Assembly: GCA_001643675.2 (NCBI GenBank)
Contig: LSRY02000001.1
Span: 2,356,001 to 2,420,000 of the forward strand
Direction: 5' to 3'
Length of the DNA: 64,000 nucleotides
DNA from: Monocercomonoides exilis PA203
Taxonomy: Eukaryota > Protista > Preaxostyla
The notes beneath the pieces are model-generated. The model was not told the DNA's origin. It saw nothing but the letters and a program-made list of their open reading frames with translations, and did no database searches. Shown here one piece after another: positions 13,565 through 26,178 of this stretch. A program made the position numbers and the translations under genes. The stretch's first letter is position 1; every line of letters begins with the position of its first letter.

Positions 13565-14880
13565 TTCATTTCCTTATATAATCTCAAAGAATTTTGAAAT
13601 ATTCAACGGTGTTTCAAAATATTTTTTACTATTAAGAAAATGTGACGCTCCAAATAAGCTTTCATTGAAATCTTCTTATTCTTCTTTTTCCATCTATTCG
13701 AAAGCTTTCCTTTTGGTTGTCTTTCTTCCTTTTTCGTTGAATTCACAATTCTCATTTTTTTTCAATCGCCTTGAAATCACAAAAAATACTCCAAAAAAAT
13801 AATGTCTCATTTCGTCAACCTTGTTGATTTTAGAATCTACTCCACAAATTCATCAGTACCTTCACATCTAATCAAGCAACCAACTTTCACAAATCTGTCA
13901 CTCGTTGCTGCTTTCAATAAAAATGTGAATTGTTTGCAAATCTCTTCGCGACAGTCCTTTGATGCAACAAGCACTCCTTCAACATAGCCAATAAGTGCAG
14001 AACATTCTTCATTCCACAATTTGTGCCACAACAGGAAATAGTTAATTTCGATAATCCATCTCCAAATAACCAGCACTTCTTTCACTTTTCCTTTTTCCTC
14101 TTCTTCTTTCTTCTTCCGATCCACACTCTTCGACAACTCTCCAATTCTCTTGCTGCTTCTCTTCCAAAATGCAGCTCATTCACAGCAATATCTTTCAATC
14201 TATTGTCATCCCAAAATCGGTTAATCAAAATCTTCCAAGCAGACTAATAGGCAAGTCGTTTAAGGTTGGATGCTCCTGATGATATTGGATGATCTCTTTG
14301 ATAGCATCCATATCCAGTTCTCGCTCAACAACCTTTATAAAAAGAATATAAAAATCAACAGTATCAACAAAAAGATAGATGATAGTTTAAAAAAAGGAAC
14401 ATTCATACACAACATCGAATATTGCTCATAGCCAGCAATACCATTTCCACTTCTTTTTGAGCTTCCTCATTTCCCTCTTTCTTCAACGCAACTTTTAGAA
14501 GGCAAGACACACAAATCGAAAGCAATTTATATGAAAATAAGTTGCTTTGAAAAATATAGCATTCGCAAAGATAAGTTAAAAGCTTTTCGTTCTTTTCATC
14601 TTTTCTCTTCTCTTCATTAATAATCATCTTTTCAAACCTTTCGTTTAACGAAGAATACAAAAAACCGAAATTTATCATGTTTAATAGCACGTTGCAATAT
14701 TCCATGTGCTTCATTACGAATAACGCATTTTCGACTGAAAATTTCCTTTCTTTTATCATTTTTTAAATTTTGTTGAAAAGCTCTTTTTGTGAAAGCTGAT
14801 ACAAATTCTTTTTCATTCTTTTCTTCAATCAAAGAATTCATTCCAAGGATTTTCTGTCTTTGTCCATCTTTTTAGAAATG
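13565..14880 (-). pseudogene. Helical multigene-family copy C, frameshifted
   Basis: Family motifs (LCECY, QKEVEMVLLAM, NELHFGREAARELE) split over several short ORFs with frameshifts and stops. Confidence 0.8.
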
Positions 14881-15838
14881 TTTTTCATTCCGAAAACAGT
14901 TTTGCAAAAATTACAAGAAAAAATATTTTTCAATCAAGATTTTGTTTCAGCAATGATATCAAACCAGTGCATTATTTTGTGTGTTATCAACATCCTTGAT
15001 TCAAGCAAGCATTGCAGTTGCAAAGCTTCACATAAAGAAATTTTTTCTGAATGTGTGTTTCTTCATAATCAAAAAAATGAATAAAAAGGTGTAAACTCAC
15101 TGAATATTGCAAAAAAAATGTTCACACAGGTTTTAATTGCATTTTTGTTTTCAATCCATATGTGTCGAGAAACCTTGAAAATGATTTGATCATTTACATA
15201 AATGAATATTAATCAATGCAAATTTTTCAAAATTAGAAAAGTGTTTAAATAATATTGTCAAATGTTATTTGTTGATTTCGTGTAAACCAATCGTTTTTGA
15301 TTATTTCGTTGTTTCACTAAAATACAGAAAGTTCAAAATATAAAAAAAGCGAAACTCAACAGATATTAGAAAAACCTATCTGACAGATGGATGCAAATGT
15401 TTAATGAACGTTTATCTTCTTGTTTGAATTCATTATTTTGTGAAAAAACTTCATTTTTCCACTTCCAAGTGAAAAGATCAAACTTTTTTTGGAAAACTTG
15501 CGAAAAATGCTTTAAAAGCGAAATATACAACACAATATTTAATGTTGATGCATTTTTGACTTTTTCCCTCAAAACATTGTTTTTTGACAAATGCAAGACT
15601 GCCAGGTCACAATTTAAAAACTTTGGTTTTTCTTAAAAACATTACCTTTAATTTAAAATTACTGGGGAATCTTGAAATAAATAGTTTATTTTGAAATAAA
15701 TTTTTATTTCACAATTTATCTAATAATTATGCTAAAAAAAAAATTTGTCAAAAAACTCCAAAACACTTTTATTCAGTGCTTATTTAAGAAAAATTTTACA
15801 AAACAAATATGAATAGAATGGGTGTGATTAAAAGAGCT

Positions 15839-16043
15839 GGCTGATCCTTTTTGAAATCATACTTTCGTTCGAGTTTTGATCAAAAATTTGTTTTCAATGG
15901 GATTTTGTAAAATTGAACAAAACTGATAATACTCGTTGTATATGATGTTGTTATTGCAGTAACAAATTTTTTACAAAAATCCCATTGAGATTAATTTTTA
16001 AATCAAAACTCGAACGAAAGTATGATTTCAAAAAGGATCAGCC
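15839..16043. mobile_element. MITE with long TIRs (GGCTGATCCTTTTTGAAATCATA...)
   Basis: About 42-bp perfect TIR extending imperfectly inward; flanked by AGCT on both sides; terminus related to the GGGTGATTATTTTTGAAATCATA elements at 37-39 kb. Confidence 0.85.
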
Positions 16044-16084
16044 AGCTGTCGATTGATTCTCTTTTTTCCAAAAAAAAAAAAAAA

Positions 16085-16396
16085 ATAAATAAATAAATAA
16101 AAATAAAAATAAAAATAAAAATATAAATATAAATATAAATAAAAATAAAAATAAAAATAAAAATAAAAATTTAAATAAAAATAAAAATAAAAATGAAAAT
16201 GAAAATAAAAATATAAATAAAAATAAAAATAAAAATAAAAATAAAAATAAAAATAAAAATAAAAATAAAAATAAAAATAAAAATAAAAATAAAAATAAAA
16301 ATAAAAATAAAAATAAAAATAAAAATAAAAATAAAAATAAAAATAAAAATAAAAATATAAATATAAATATAAATAAAAATAAAAATAAAAATAAAA
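16085..16396. repeat. (ATAAAA)n hexanucleotide microsatellite
   Basis: About 310 bp tandem array immediately downstream of the copy D stop codon. Confidence 0.95.
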
Positions 16397-16404
16397 TACC
16401 TTCT

Positions 16405-17820
16405 TCACAAAAGAATAATATCTCTTTCCCACTTTTCGCCAGGATAATACAACGAAAAACGTTCTACAAACATGAAATGTTCTAACTTGATGATGAAATC
16501 ATCAAATCCTTCTTCTTCCATCTTGTCATATATTTTTCTTTTCAACTCCTTTCTTTTCGCTTCTTCCATTTCATCTTTTGTCTCTTCTTGTAATCTTTTG
16601 GAAAGATTCATAAAGAATTCAGGACAAGAATATGCCCAACAATTCAATGATTGCTGTGAGATCTCCTCCAAGACAGCATCAATAGCTCCTCCTTTCAGCA
16701 ACTCATCAACTTCCACAAATCCATTTTCTGCTGCTCTTCCCAAAAGATAAATGCATTTCTCTCTTATTTCTCGGTAATTATCCTTTGCCGCTCCCGATAT
16801 TTGAACAATGCTTCTGAAAAGCCCAACATATCCTCCATTACGCAATTCGCAGAAACGAAAGAAAAACTCCAATGAATTCAGCCATCCCAATAAAACAACT
16901 TCTTCTTTCCTTTCTCCTCTTCCATCTTCTTCTTCTTTCTCTCTCTTCCAATTCACACACTTTGTCAGCTCCTCCATTTCTCTTTTTGCCTCCTTCACAA
17001 AATGCAGCTCATTCACAATCACTTGTTCATAAATTTTTTCTCTAAATAATGTGTGAATCAAAAGCTCCCAAGCCGATTGATACGCAAGTCGTGTTAGGTT
17101 GTGATGTTCCTGGTGATGGTGGATAATCTCTTTGATCTCGCTCAAAAATAGCTCTTTATCCAATTTCTCAACAAAAATGAAAAATTTCAATATTATCAAA
17201 ATTTAAAAAGAAAAGCAAACTCCAAAATAGTAACATTTGCTCAATGCAAACAACGCCATTTCCACTTCCTTTTGAACTTCCTCGCTTTCCTCTTTCTTTA
17301 CTGCAACTGTCAGAAGGCACAGAACACAGTATGAAAACAATTCCTCTGAAATTTCGATATCATTCATCAAAATATAGGATTCACAGGTATCAACTAAATA
17401 CTTTTGATTTTTTCCTTCCTTTTTATTTTTCTCCTCAATAATAATCATCTCTTCAAATTTATTATTCAACAAAGATTCTTCAAATCCATGAATATAAATA
17501 TTTTCCAGTTCTTTGTAATAGCCAATATGCTTTATTAACAAACACGCATTCTCCAAAGTCAATTTCTTTTGTTCAATCATTTTGTCAATTTCATTGAACA
17601 ATTCTCTCGTAAAAACATATTTGAATTCATCTATATCCATCTCTTCTATAACTTCATTCATTTCAACAATTATCGCTTTCTGTTCATCTTCAATGCAATG
17701 TTTAAGCTTAAAAAATAATTCTTCAATAAAAAATTAAACAAAGAACCACAATCACTAGCATTTCAAATGCAACGATAAATGCACACTATAGAATTTTTCA
17801 GTTACGCTTTTTGCCTGCAT
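16405..17820 (-). CDS. Uncharacterised helical multigene-family protein, copy D (exons 17820-17787, 17720-17221, 17166-16405)
   Basis: Two GT-AG introns give a continuous frame starting MQAKSVTEKFY-KLFFKLKHCIEDEQK; family motifs present. Confidence 0.82.
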
Positions 17821-20800
17821 TTTTATATGAACATTTTATTCAAAAAACAATAAAAATTTTTATCATTCACATTGAACAAGCATTTGTTTGTTTTGTCGAA
17901 AATACACGATAACAAAATCTCAAAAATGGTCATAAAAAATTTGCGTTCACACCATGCTTCTTAGCATTTGCATTTGTGACAAATAGTTATGAAGAGAAAC
18001 AACGATGAATATTTCTGGAATTTTTGTAATGGAATCAAAGATCGAAGTTGTTTCTTTGAACTGAAAAATGAATATTCAAATGAAAGAACTGAGAATGAAC
18101 ATTTTCAATAGAAAAAGATAATTGACATTTGCAGAGGACAATACATCTTTATCTTTGCGCTGGTTATGAAATTCTTTCTGTTGATTTTTGAAAATTGTAT
18201 GGCCAAGGGAAATACACCAATTTCATCAATAACACAAAAAGACATAATGTATGTATTTTGTATTGTTCTGTATGTTGTGAGGATATTTCTATCTGTGACC
18301 TTTCCAAAGTGCAGAAATATGAGTTATTGTTGAAATGGCCAATCTCCGCTTTGTGGAGCAATACGATGAGAATGGAGCAGATTATTATATAGACATTGGG
18401 AAATAAAGGAAGTTACGGAAGATGCATGATTTTTATTGGAACAAGAGGTGAAAACAAATTCGACTGATGTTTCATTGAATGAAGATTTATAAATGGTATT
18501 CTGTGAAGACAAAATCTGCACAAAACTATAAAGTATATTGGAGCATAAGGCAAAGGAGAAGCTTTTTGGGCAAGAAAAGTGGCTTGCCAACCAAGGGGAA
18601 GGATATTTATCACATTAAAAAGGCAAGAATTCAATAAAAAAAAAAGAAGAACCCAAAAATATCGGTTTTATTCATATAGTTTTCCTGTTTCTCGGACTGC
18701 GCCATGCAGACATGGAAAGCAACAAAATTCTCTTCCTGATTCCATTTTTTCTTCAAAACAAATGAGAAACGCCATCGAAGATATTACACATTATCAATTA
18801 TTTGTTGGCAGTCGAACAACATTCAACCCAATTGCATCTGGATTTCATTCTTCGAAGGGACAGCCATTTTGAGTGAGCAAGGTGATTATAATTTGAAGTT
18901 TGTTTTCTTTATCACCACAGCCAATGAAAGAGAATTCGATGGTTTTTGTTTTCTTCCTTGTTTTTCAGAAAAGTGATTCTTGTGCCCCATTTCAATTTTT
19001 GTTCTTGATCAAGTGAGCATTGTGCCTTGATCATGAAGATTTCATTTAAATTGTATCATCATCCTCAACATGAGAATCGCTGAATGAACGTCAACATTTT
19101 TCATCTTTCCTCCTCAACGTTGTTGAAGAACAGCCAATTTATTGTGATAACATTCATTTCTCTTTCATTCGTCATCTTCTTCCACATGCAAGTCTACTTC
19201 AAATCACATCACAATTCCATTATTAACATTATCCATATTGTGTAATCAGAGTTATTCTCATCAGCTTCTGTGCCAGAAATAATGAGTGAAATGAAGAAGA
19301 AAACGATGAACAAATATTTGAAGAAATTATATAGAAATAAATATGTGAAGATAGGAAGATTCATCAGCAAAGGAAGAAGGCAACAATGATTGTTAGGGAA
19401 AGGAAGATGATGTATTGAAATGTTGAGATAAAAGTGAAGATGGATGAAAAGAAAAAGAGCAAAACTTTCTTTGATTGCAGATGGAGAAGAAGGTTGCATA
19501 TTAGCTGATGAATGCATAGATTTCACGAGAGGTGAGGACTCTGAAACCATGTGCATGATTATTCGCTTGGACTCTTTCATTTGAGGATGACAACATCGAC
19601 AATGCCATATTAAGAGATGCATCAGATGCAAAAGGATGCAGCATTTGTGTCTGAAGCAGTTGAAACGGACTTGTGCTTCCCATGACACAACCAGTATCTT
19701 GAGTATCATCAAAGCTTCAAATTCATTTTTGTGATTTCTTTGACTTTCTGTTTTGGCTTCATCACGAACTCCTGTGTTCAGGACAATTATTCTTCATTTT
19801 GCTTCGTTGTATTTTTCCCTCCTCTGAACCTGCAATCGTACTGTTTGCCAGACAGCTCATTCTGCAGCTACTATCCAGGCATCGATGTCTTTGCAGCTGA
19901 GCATGTGGCGCCAAGTGAAGAAGGAGCAGAAGTGAAAAGATGTTGTAATTTCATTGAAGAAAATTTTCATATCTGAAAGGAGAGCGTTTGAAGATTGGGC
20001 GGGAAGATGCAATGGAAGAAAGATCATATCACAAATATTCATCTTCTCCGTCTTCGGCTTGATATTTCCTTTCATATGAAGTCAAGTGGCCATTGGCGTC
20101 AATTTCATTCAACAAAATTGCATGCTAATACGTGAACGTCTCTTTTTGAAATGACCTTGTGAAAGACTGTAAATTATTTTTTCGCAGTTGAAATCGAACT
20201 CCAAAAGATTTCTTTGCATTAACCTTTTTTTATGTAAAAATATAATCCATTATCTTGATTAAGGAGCGTTTCCTTGGTCTTCGATATGCAGCTGAATATA
20301 ATTCATCACTTCTTTCACATGGTATCTCTGATGCTTTTGTTCTGTTATTCCATTTTGACTATCTGTTTTCATAACTAAACCCTCAAACAATTCCTGAGAT
20401 TTATCGAATGAAAGCGAACAAGAATGAAATAATAACAAATGAAAAAACTTTAAATCTTTTATTCAAAAATCATATTCATTTCCATTTTTTCACCCAAAAG
20501 TCACTTCAAATACGAATAACATACTTTTCTCATCACCTAATTTTGTTTTCATTTTCTCTTCTGTCATTATTCATATTTGTAAAATAAACTTAAGTCCATT
20601 GATAAAGGGAAAAAATGAAAACAATAAACAAATGGCACTTTTTTTTCAAGAAAAATATATGTGATGATGGTTTGATCAAAATAAAGAAAAAGTGTGCTTT
20701 TCTTTTCAATACAAAAACAATCATTGGTTTTGCTGTGTGACATATTGCACATTTGTTTGTTGAAAATAGCCTTGTAATTGGTTTTTAATCAAAAGCGTTT

Positions 20801-20899
20801 CCAAACAGTCAGATAAAAAAAGAAGTTTGTTTTTGCTGATAATCTCATTGTTCGAAGTGTTTATTGTGCTCATTGTGTCCTGAATGAACCACAAACAGA

Positions 20900-22352
20900 A
20901 TGGATGTTGGAGATGATGGAATTCAAGAAATGAACATTGTGGACAAGTTTTTGAGTTTGTTCATTTCTGACTGTTTTGAAATACAAACAATTATTCATCC
21001 TTTTCATGTTTTTTGAAGAACTGTTTGAAGTGCTGAAAGTGTATTCAAAAGATGAACAGAAACAGAAAATCGAAGAAATGAATGGACTTATTGATGAGAT
21101 GAGCAAGGATGAATTTCTCACAATTTGTTCATTTGAAATGTTTGACAAAATCACAAAAATCACGAAGGGAAAGAAAATTCCTTTAAGAAATATATTGCTT
21201 TTTCCGAAGCACATGGGGCGTTTAAATGCAATGAAAAGACTTAATGTTGGTCACTTCAAAAATTCTTCATTGGGAAAAAGAATTAAAAATCTGATTGTTG
21301 AAGAAGAGAAGAAGAAAGAAGAAAAAGATGAGAAGATATTGATTGATCTTTGTGAATGTTATCTTTTGTTTTATTACGAATATGATGACCTTCCAAAAAC
21401 CATGACAAACATTTGTGTGCCACCCCTTTTGAAAGTGGCATCAAACAAGGATGAAAGCAAAGAAACACAAAAAGAAGCAGAAACTGCATTGCTTGCATTG
21501 GGCAATGTTGGAGATTTTGTTTGAGCACTTTCCCATTTTCCCCCCATTCTTTAAGGTTTTTTTTTATGATCTTTGATTCAGATAATTCCTGAAGAATTGT
21601 ATTTAAGTGAAATCAAAGAAATCATCCTGTATCATCAGGAACATCGCCATCTCACTCAAATTGCTTATCAGTCTGCTTGGCAGTTTTTGATAAAAAGATT
21701 CGTGTTCGACGAAAGTTTGGAGGGAGTGATTGTGAATGAGATGCATTTTGTAAGAGAAGCTTCAAAAGGACTCGAAAAGTTGATGAAACATGAAGATTGG
21801 AAGAAGAAGCAAAAAGAAGCGAAAAAAGAAAAAGGAATAGGAAAAGAACCAGAAGAAGAGCACATGATGATGAAATGGCTCTTTGCGATTGGCCGTTATT
21901 TGACCATGTGCAAATTGTGGAACGAAGAATCTGTTCTGCTTGTCGACAGCATTGTGCGATTACTCAGAGCTGCAAGGGATATAAACATGGATATGAGCGA
22001 ATGTTGCGTGAATATATTATATGGAACAGTGATGAACAGAACAATGAAGATTGAAGGGATTTTGAAAGGTTGGTCATTTGATGCTGTCTTGGAGGAGATT
22101 CAAAGTCAAACATTGAATCGCCATTTGATGAAATGCTTGAAATTCTTTTTGGTGATTTCAAAAAGAATGAAAGAGAAAGAGAAAGATGAAAAAGAAGAAA
22201 CGAAAAGAAAGTCAACGAAAAAGAAAGTTTTTGTTAAAATGGAAGAAGAAGGATATGAAGACATCATCACAAGCTTTCATGTTGTTTCACGAATTTTGAA
22301 ATATCGTTATGATGATTCTCTTTCTGACTATTATGCAGATTATTTTTTTTGA
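20900..22352 (+). CDS. Uncharacterised helical multigene-family protein, copy E (exon 1 20900-20954, exon 2 from 21019, exon 3 from ~21582)
   Basis: MDVGDDGIQEMNIVDKFL-KLFEVL across a GTTTGT...GAAG intron; second intron GTTTGA...TTCAG; family motifs. Confidence 0.82.
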
Positions 22353-23208
22353 ACATTTGAATGAAGAGCACTTTTCTATGCCTTTTGCATTTTCTTTTTT
22401 CTTCTCCTTTTTGAACAACGTCCTTTTTATTCCAAAAAAAGTTATGAGATGTCAAATGATTCAAAGTTGCATGTATTTCGATTGGCAAACAGAAAAAAAT
22501 TGAAATAAACAACAAAGCAAATTGAAACGAATGTTTTTCAGAATGAAAGTTGTTTGAATGATTTGTTTCTTGTTTCCTTTTGGGAAAAAAAATGCAGCAA
22601 TCAATTTCGGAACTCAAATTGAGTTACAAAACATATCGATTTTTTGTTTCCTTTCTCAATAAAAAAATGAAATTGTCGAAATTGCGAATACTAAGCAATA
22701 AGCAATGCAGAATATATAAGAATACAACTTTAATGCAATCACTTTCTTGCACTTGTCAGTGAATCATTGAAATTAGCGAAACCACTTTAAACATTTTGGC
22801 AACCAACAAAAATTTAAAATAATCAAATTGAAAAAAAAAAAACCAAAACAATCAATGTGCAAAAAGCATGCATAAAGTGTGAATAAAACACAACTATTTA
22901 AAACCTGTAAAAACAAACAACAATCAAAAATTCTAAACAAATAAGATTTGCCAACAAACAAAATAAAAATCTGTTGGCTTTGAATATGACATATATAAGC
23001 AATTGATTTCCATTCTACATACAACGCAATATGCTCTTTGAACAGTCTTTACACGAAAACATCACAATAATAATATGAATAAGAATAACAAATTTTTAAT
23101 AATGAAATTAAAAAATATAATTTAAAATCAAAAATTCTCACTCACTTCAATCCAGAACATAATTCATTTGAAAGAAAAAATGAAATCACAAAAAGGATTT
23201 TCAATTTT

Positions 23209-26146
23209 TCATAAATTAGGTTGATTTAATGGTGAAGGAGAAGATGACGAAGAAGAAGACAAACTAGAAGAATGATTTGGAGGATGAAAAGAAGGGTGAA
23301 CAGGAGATGAAGAAGAGGGAGGAGGAGGAGAAGATGACGATGACGACGATGAAGACGATGAAACAGGAGGAGGAACAAAAATGTCCATGAAAGATGAGCG
23401 AGTCAAATGATTCGATTTTGACAAATCATTTTGTTCCAAAACACTTCCTTTCAAGTTTGATGGATTGGAAGAAGAAGAAGATGATAATGAAGATGATGAT
23501 AAAGATTTGATTGATGGAAGGGCAGAAGAGAAAGTGTAGCTTGAGTCAGGCAAAGAAGTCAGAAAAAGAGGAGTGTGTGCAATTGTGGTGAGTGTGGAAG
23601 AGATATTTGGAAAGTCTTTGCTTTGCAGAGAAGAAGAGGAAGAGGAAGAGGAAGAAGAAGAAGAAGAAGGAAAAACAACATGTCTCAAAGGTGTTTTGCT
23701 AAAAACTTTCGTTTTTGTTGTTTCTGTTGATTGCTTTGAAATGTCATCATTCTCATTCTTTTTCTCATTTTCTTCTCCTTTATCCTTCTTCTTCCCCTTC
23801 TCCTTCATCTCCTTCTCCTTCTTCCCTTTCGTCTTCCCCTTCCCCTTCCCTCTTTCCCTCGTCAGCCCCATCTCCCTCACCTCCTCCCACCCCAGCAGCC
23901 GAAACACCTCCTCTGGCGCTCCATCAAACGAGCCCTTCGCAATCGATCTGTCCACTTCTGAAGGCAAACCCCTCTGCTTCCCCATCGCCATCAGCACAAT
24001 CACAATCCACTGTGTGACACCCGAAAGATGAACAGAAAGTGCTGTTTCTGAGCCAAACCAGCCAAAACTCATTCCTGTTCCGGAATAGTCGGAGGCCAGC
24101 TCGTGCAGAAGAGAGAGGGAGGAGAGATAAGGTGGGTGAGAGGGAGAAGAATCAGAGGAAGAAGAAGAAAAATTATGTGTTTTGCTATTCTCCACGCTTT
24201 CATTCATTTTTTGTATTCCTTTAATCTGATTCACTCCATTCACTCCATTTATTCCGGTTATTCCATTTATTTCCTTCATTCTCTCACAACTTCCTTTCTC
24301 TCCTTCAACCAACGGCAACTCAACACACACAACAATCAGCCACCCAACAGAAAGCCAAATCAAATCTCTCAAAAGCGGCTGTTCGCGCTGGATGGAGGCA
24401 AAATCAATGAAAAGGCGGGAAAGCAAGTGGATTGACGGATAGCGCTCAAAAAAGGTTAATTTTGGTTTTTTGTTTGTTTTATTCGTTTTATTCGATTTAT
24501 TTGATTTATTTGGGGAACTGACAGATTTGTTTGGGGATTTGTTTGATTTTGTTGATTTGTCTGTTTGGGAAGGTGAAGAAATTTGAGAAGGGGTTAACGA
24601 AGAAGAAGAAGATGATGATGATGAAGGAAGAATTGAAGTTTTCCTTTTGTAAACATCGAAATTTCTTTTCTCTTCATTCAAATCCATCATTTGTGATGCA
24701 TTTGCTGTTTTAATCGCTTTCATTTCTGTTTCATCTTCATCGTCATCTTCTTCTTCTTCTTTCTCTTTTCTCAAATTTTCTGATGATGATGTTGTTGTTG
24801 TTGAAAAAGAAGGAATTTCTTGTTCTTCGTTGCCTGAGAACGAAACTGTTGAAGAAGAAGAGGAAGAAGAGGAAGAAGAAATGTCTGGAAATTCAGAAAA
24901 TAATCCATATTTTGAAGAGTTTGTTTGCTTTTCTTTGGTTTTGCTGCCATTTTCTTTCCTTTCTTTTCCTTCTTCATCTTCTTTGTGTTTTTCTCTTTCT
25001 TCTTCTTTCATCTCATCTGAAACATCATCAATTGCTCTTTTCATTCCAATTTCTTCTTTTCCTTCATCTTTCATTTCTTCTTCTTCTTCTTCTTCTTTTT
25101 CTCTTCTTTTTCCTTCCAAATAGTCTTTTTTGGGTGTTTCGTTTGGAGAAGGAGACAAAAGAAAAATGTTTGTTTCTGTTTGATATTTTGGTGAAGAAGA
25201 GGATAAAGGAGAAGAAAAAGATAAAGAAGAAGAAGATAAAGGAGAAGAAGGAAAAGAAGAAGAAGAATTGGATGTTAAATATGTTCCTGAGAGAAGATCT
25301 GGTTCAATTGTTTCTTTGCTTTTCTCATCATCATCATCGTCTTCTTCTTCTTCATTGCTTTCTTCTTCTTTGTTGTTATTCTCTTTTATTTCATCCTTTT
25401 TATCTTTTCCTTTTTCTCTTCTTTTTTCTCTTCTTCTCTTCTCTTCTTGTTCCATCAAAGAAAGAGAACTGAACACTTTTGCAATTCCTTTCAAATTCGA
25501 CGAATCTTTTGATGTTTCCTTCTTTTCTTCTTCTTTTTCCTTTTCTTCTTTATTTTCTTTATTTTCTTTATTTTCTTTATTTTCTTTATTTTCTTTATTT
25601 TCTTTATTTTCTCTTAAATTTTGCGAATAAAAAGAATTACCCAAATTCAGTTCTTCTTGTTTTGTTTGTTTGTTTGTTTGAATTTGTTCATTGTTTGTTG
25701 GAAGAGGAGGAAGAAAAGAAAAAGATTGAGAAGAAGGAGAAGAAATAGAAGGAGAAGAAAGAAGGGAAGAAGAAGAAGAAGAAGAAGAAGAAGAAGAAGA
25801 AACATTCGAAATTCCACCTTTTTCAACATCAACTTCGTATTTTCTGTCGAAAGGACGACGGAAAAGAAGAGAAAAAAATGAACGAGATTTGTTTGGCTGA
25901 TGATGAGAGGGAAGAGAAGAAGAGGAAGAGGAGGATATTGGAAGAGGAAGCAGAATAGGAGGAGGATAATTATTATTTGAAGAAGAAGAAGAAATAGATG
26001 ATGATGGTGATGATTGAGAAAGGCTTTGGCTGTTAAGCAATCCTGAATCAACATCACTTTGTTCTTTTTCTTTTCTTTCTTTTTCTCCTTCTCTTTCATT
26101 TTCTTCTTCCTCCTCTTCTCTTATTCCTTTCATTTCATCATCTTCT

Positions 26147-26178
<32 letters not shown>

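Noticed and set aside
16028-16432. 134-aa FY-repeat ORF
   Set aside because: Translation of the (ATAAAA)n microsatellite
18160-20560. Short ORFs including a CxxC motif suggesting a transposase remnant
   Set aside because: Too fragmented; no catalytic motif or terminal repeats recognised
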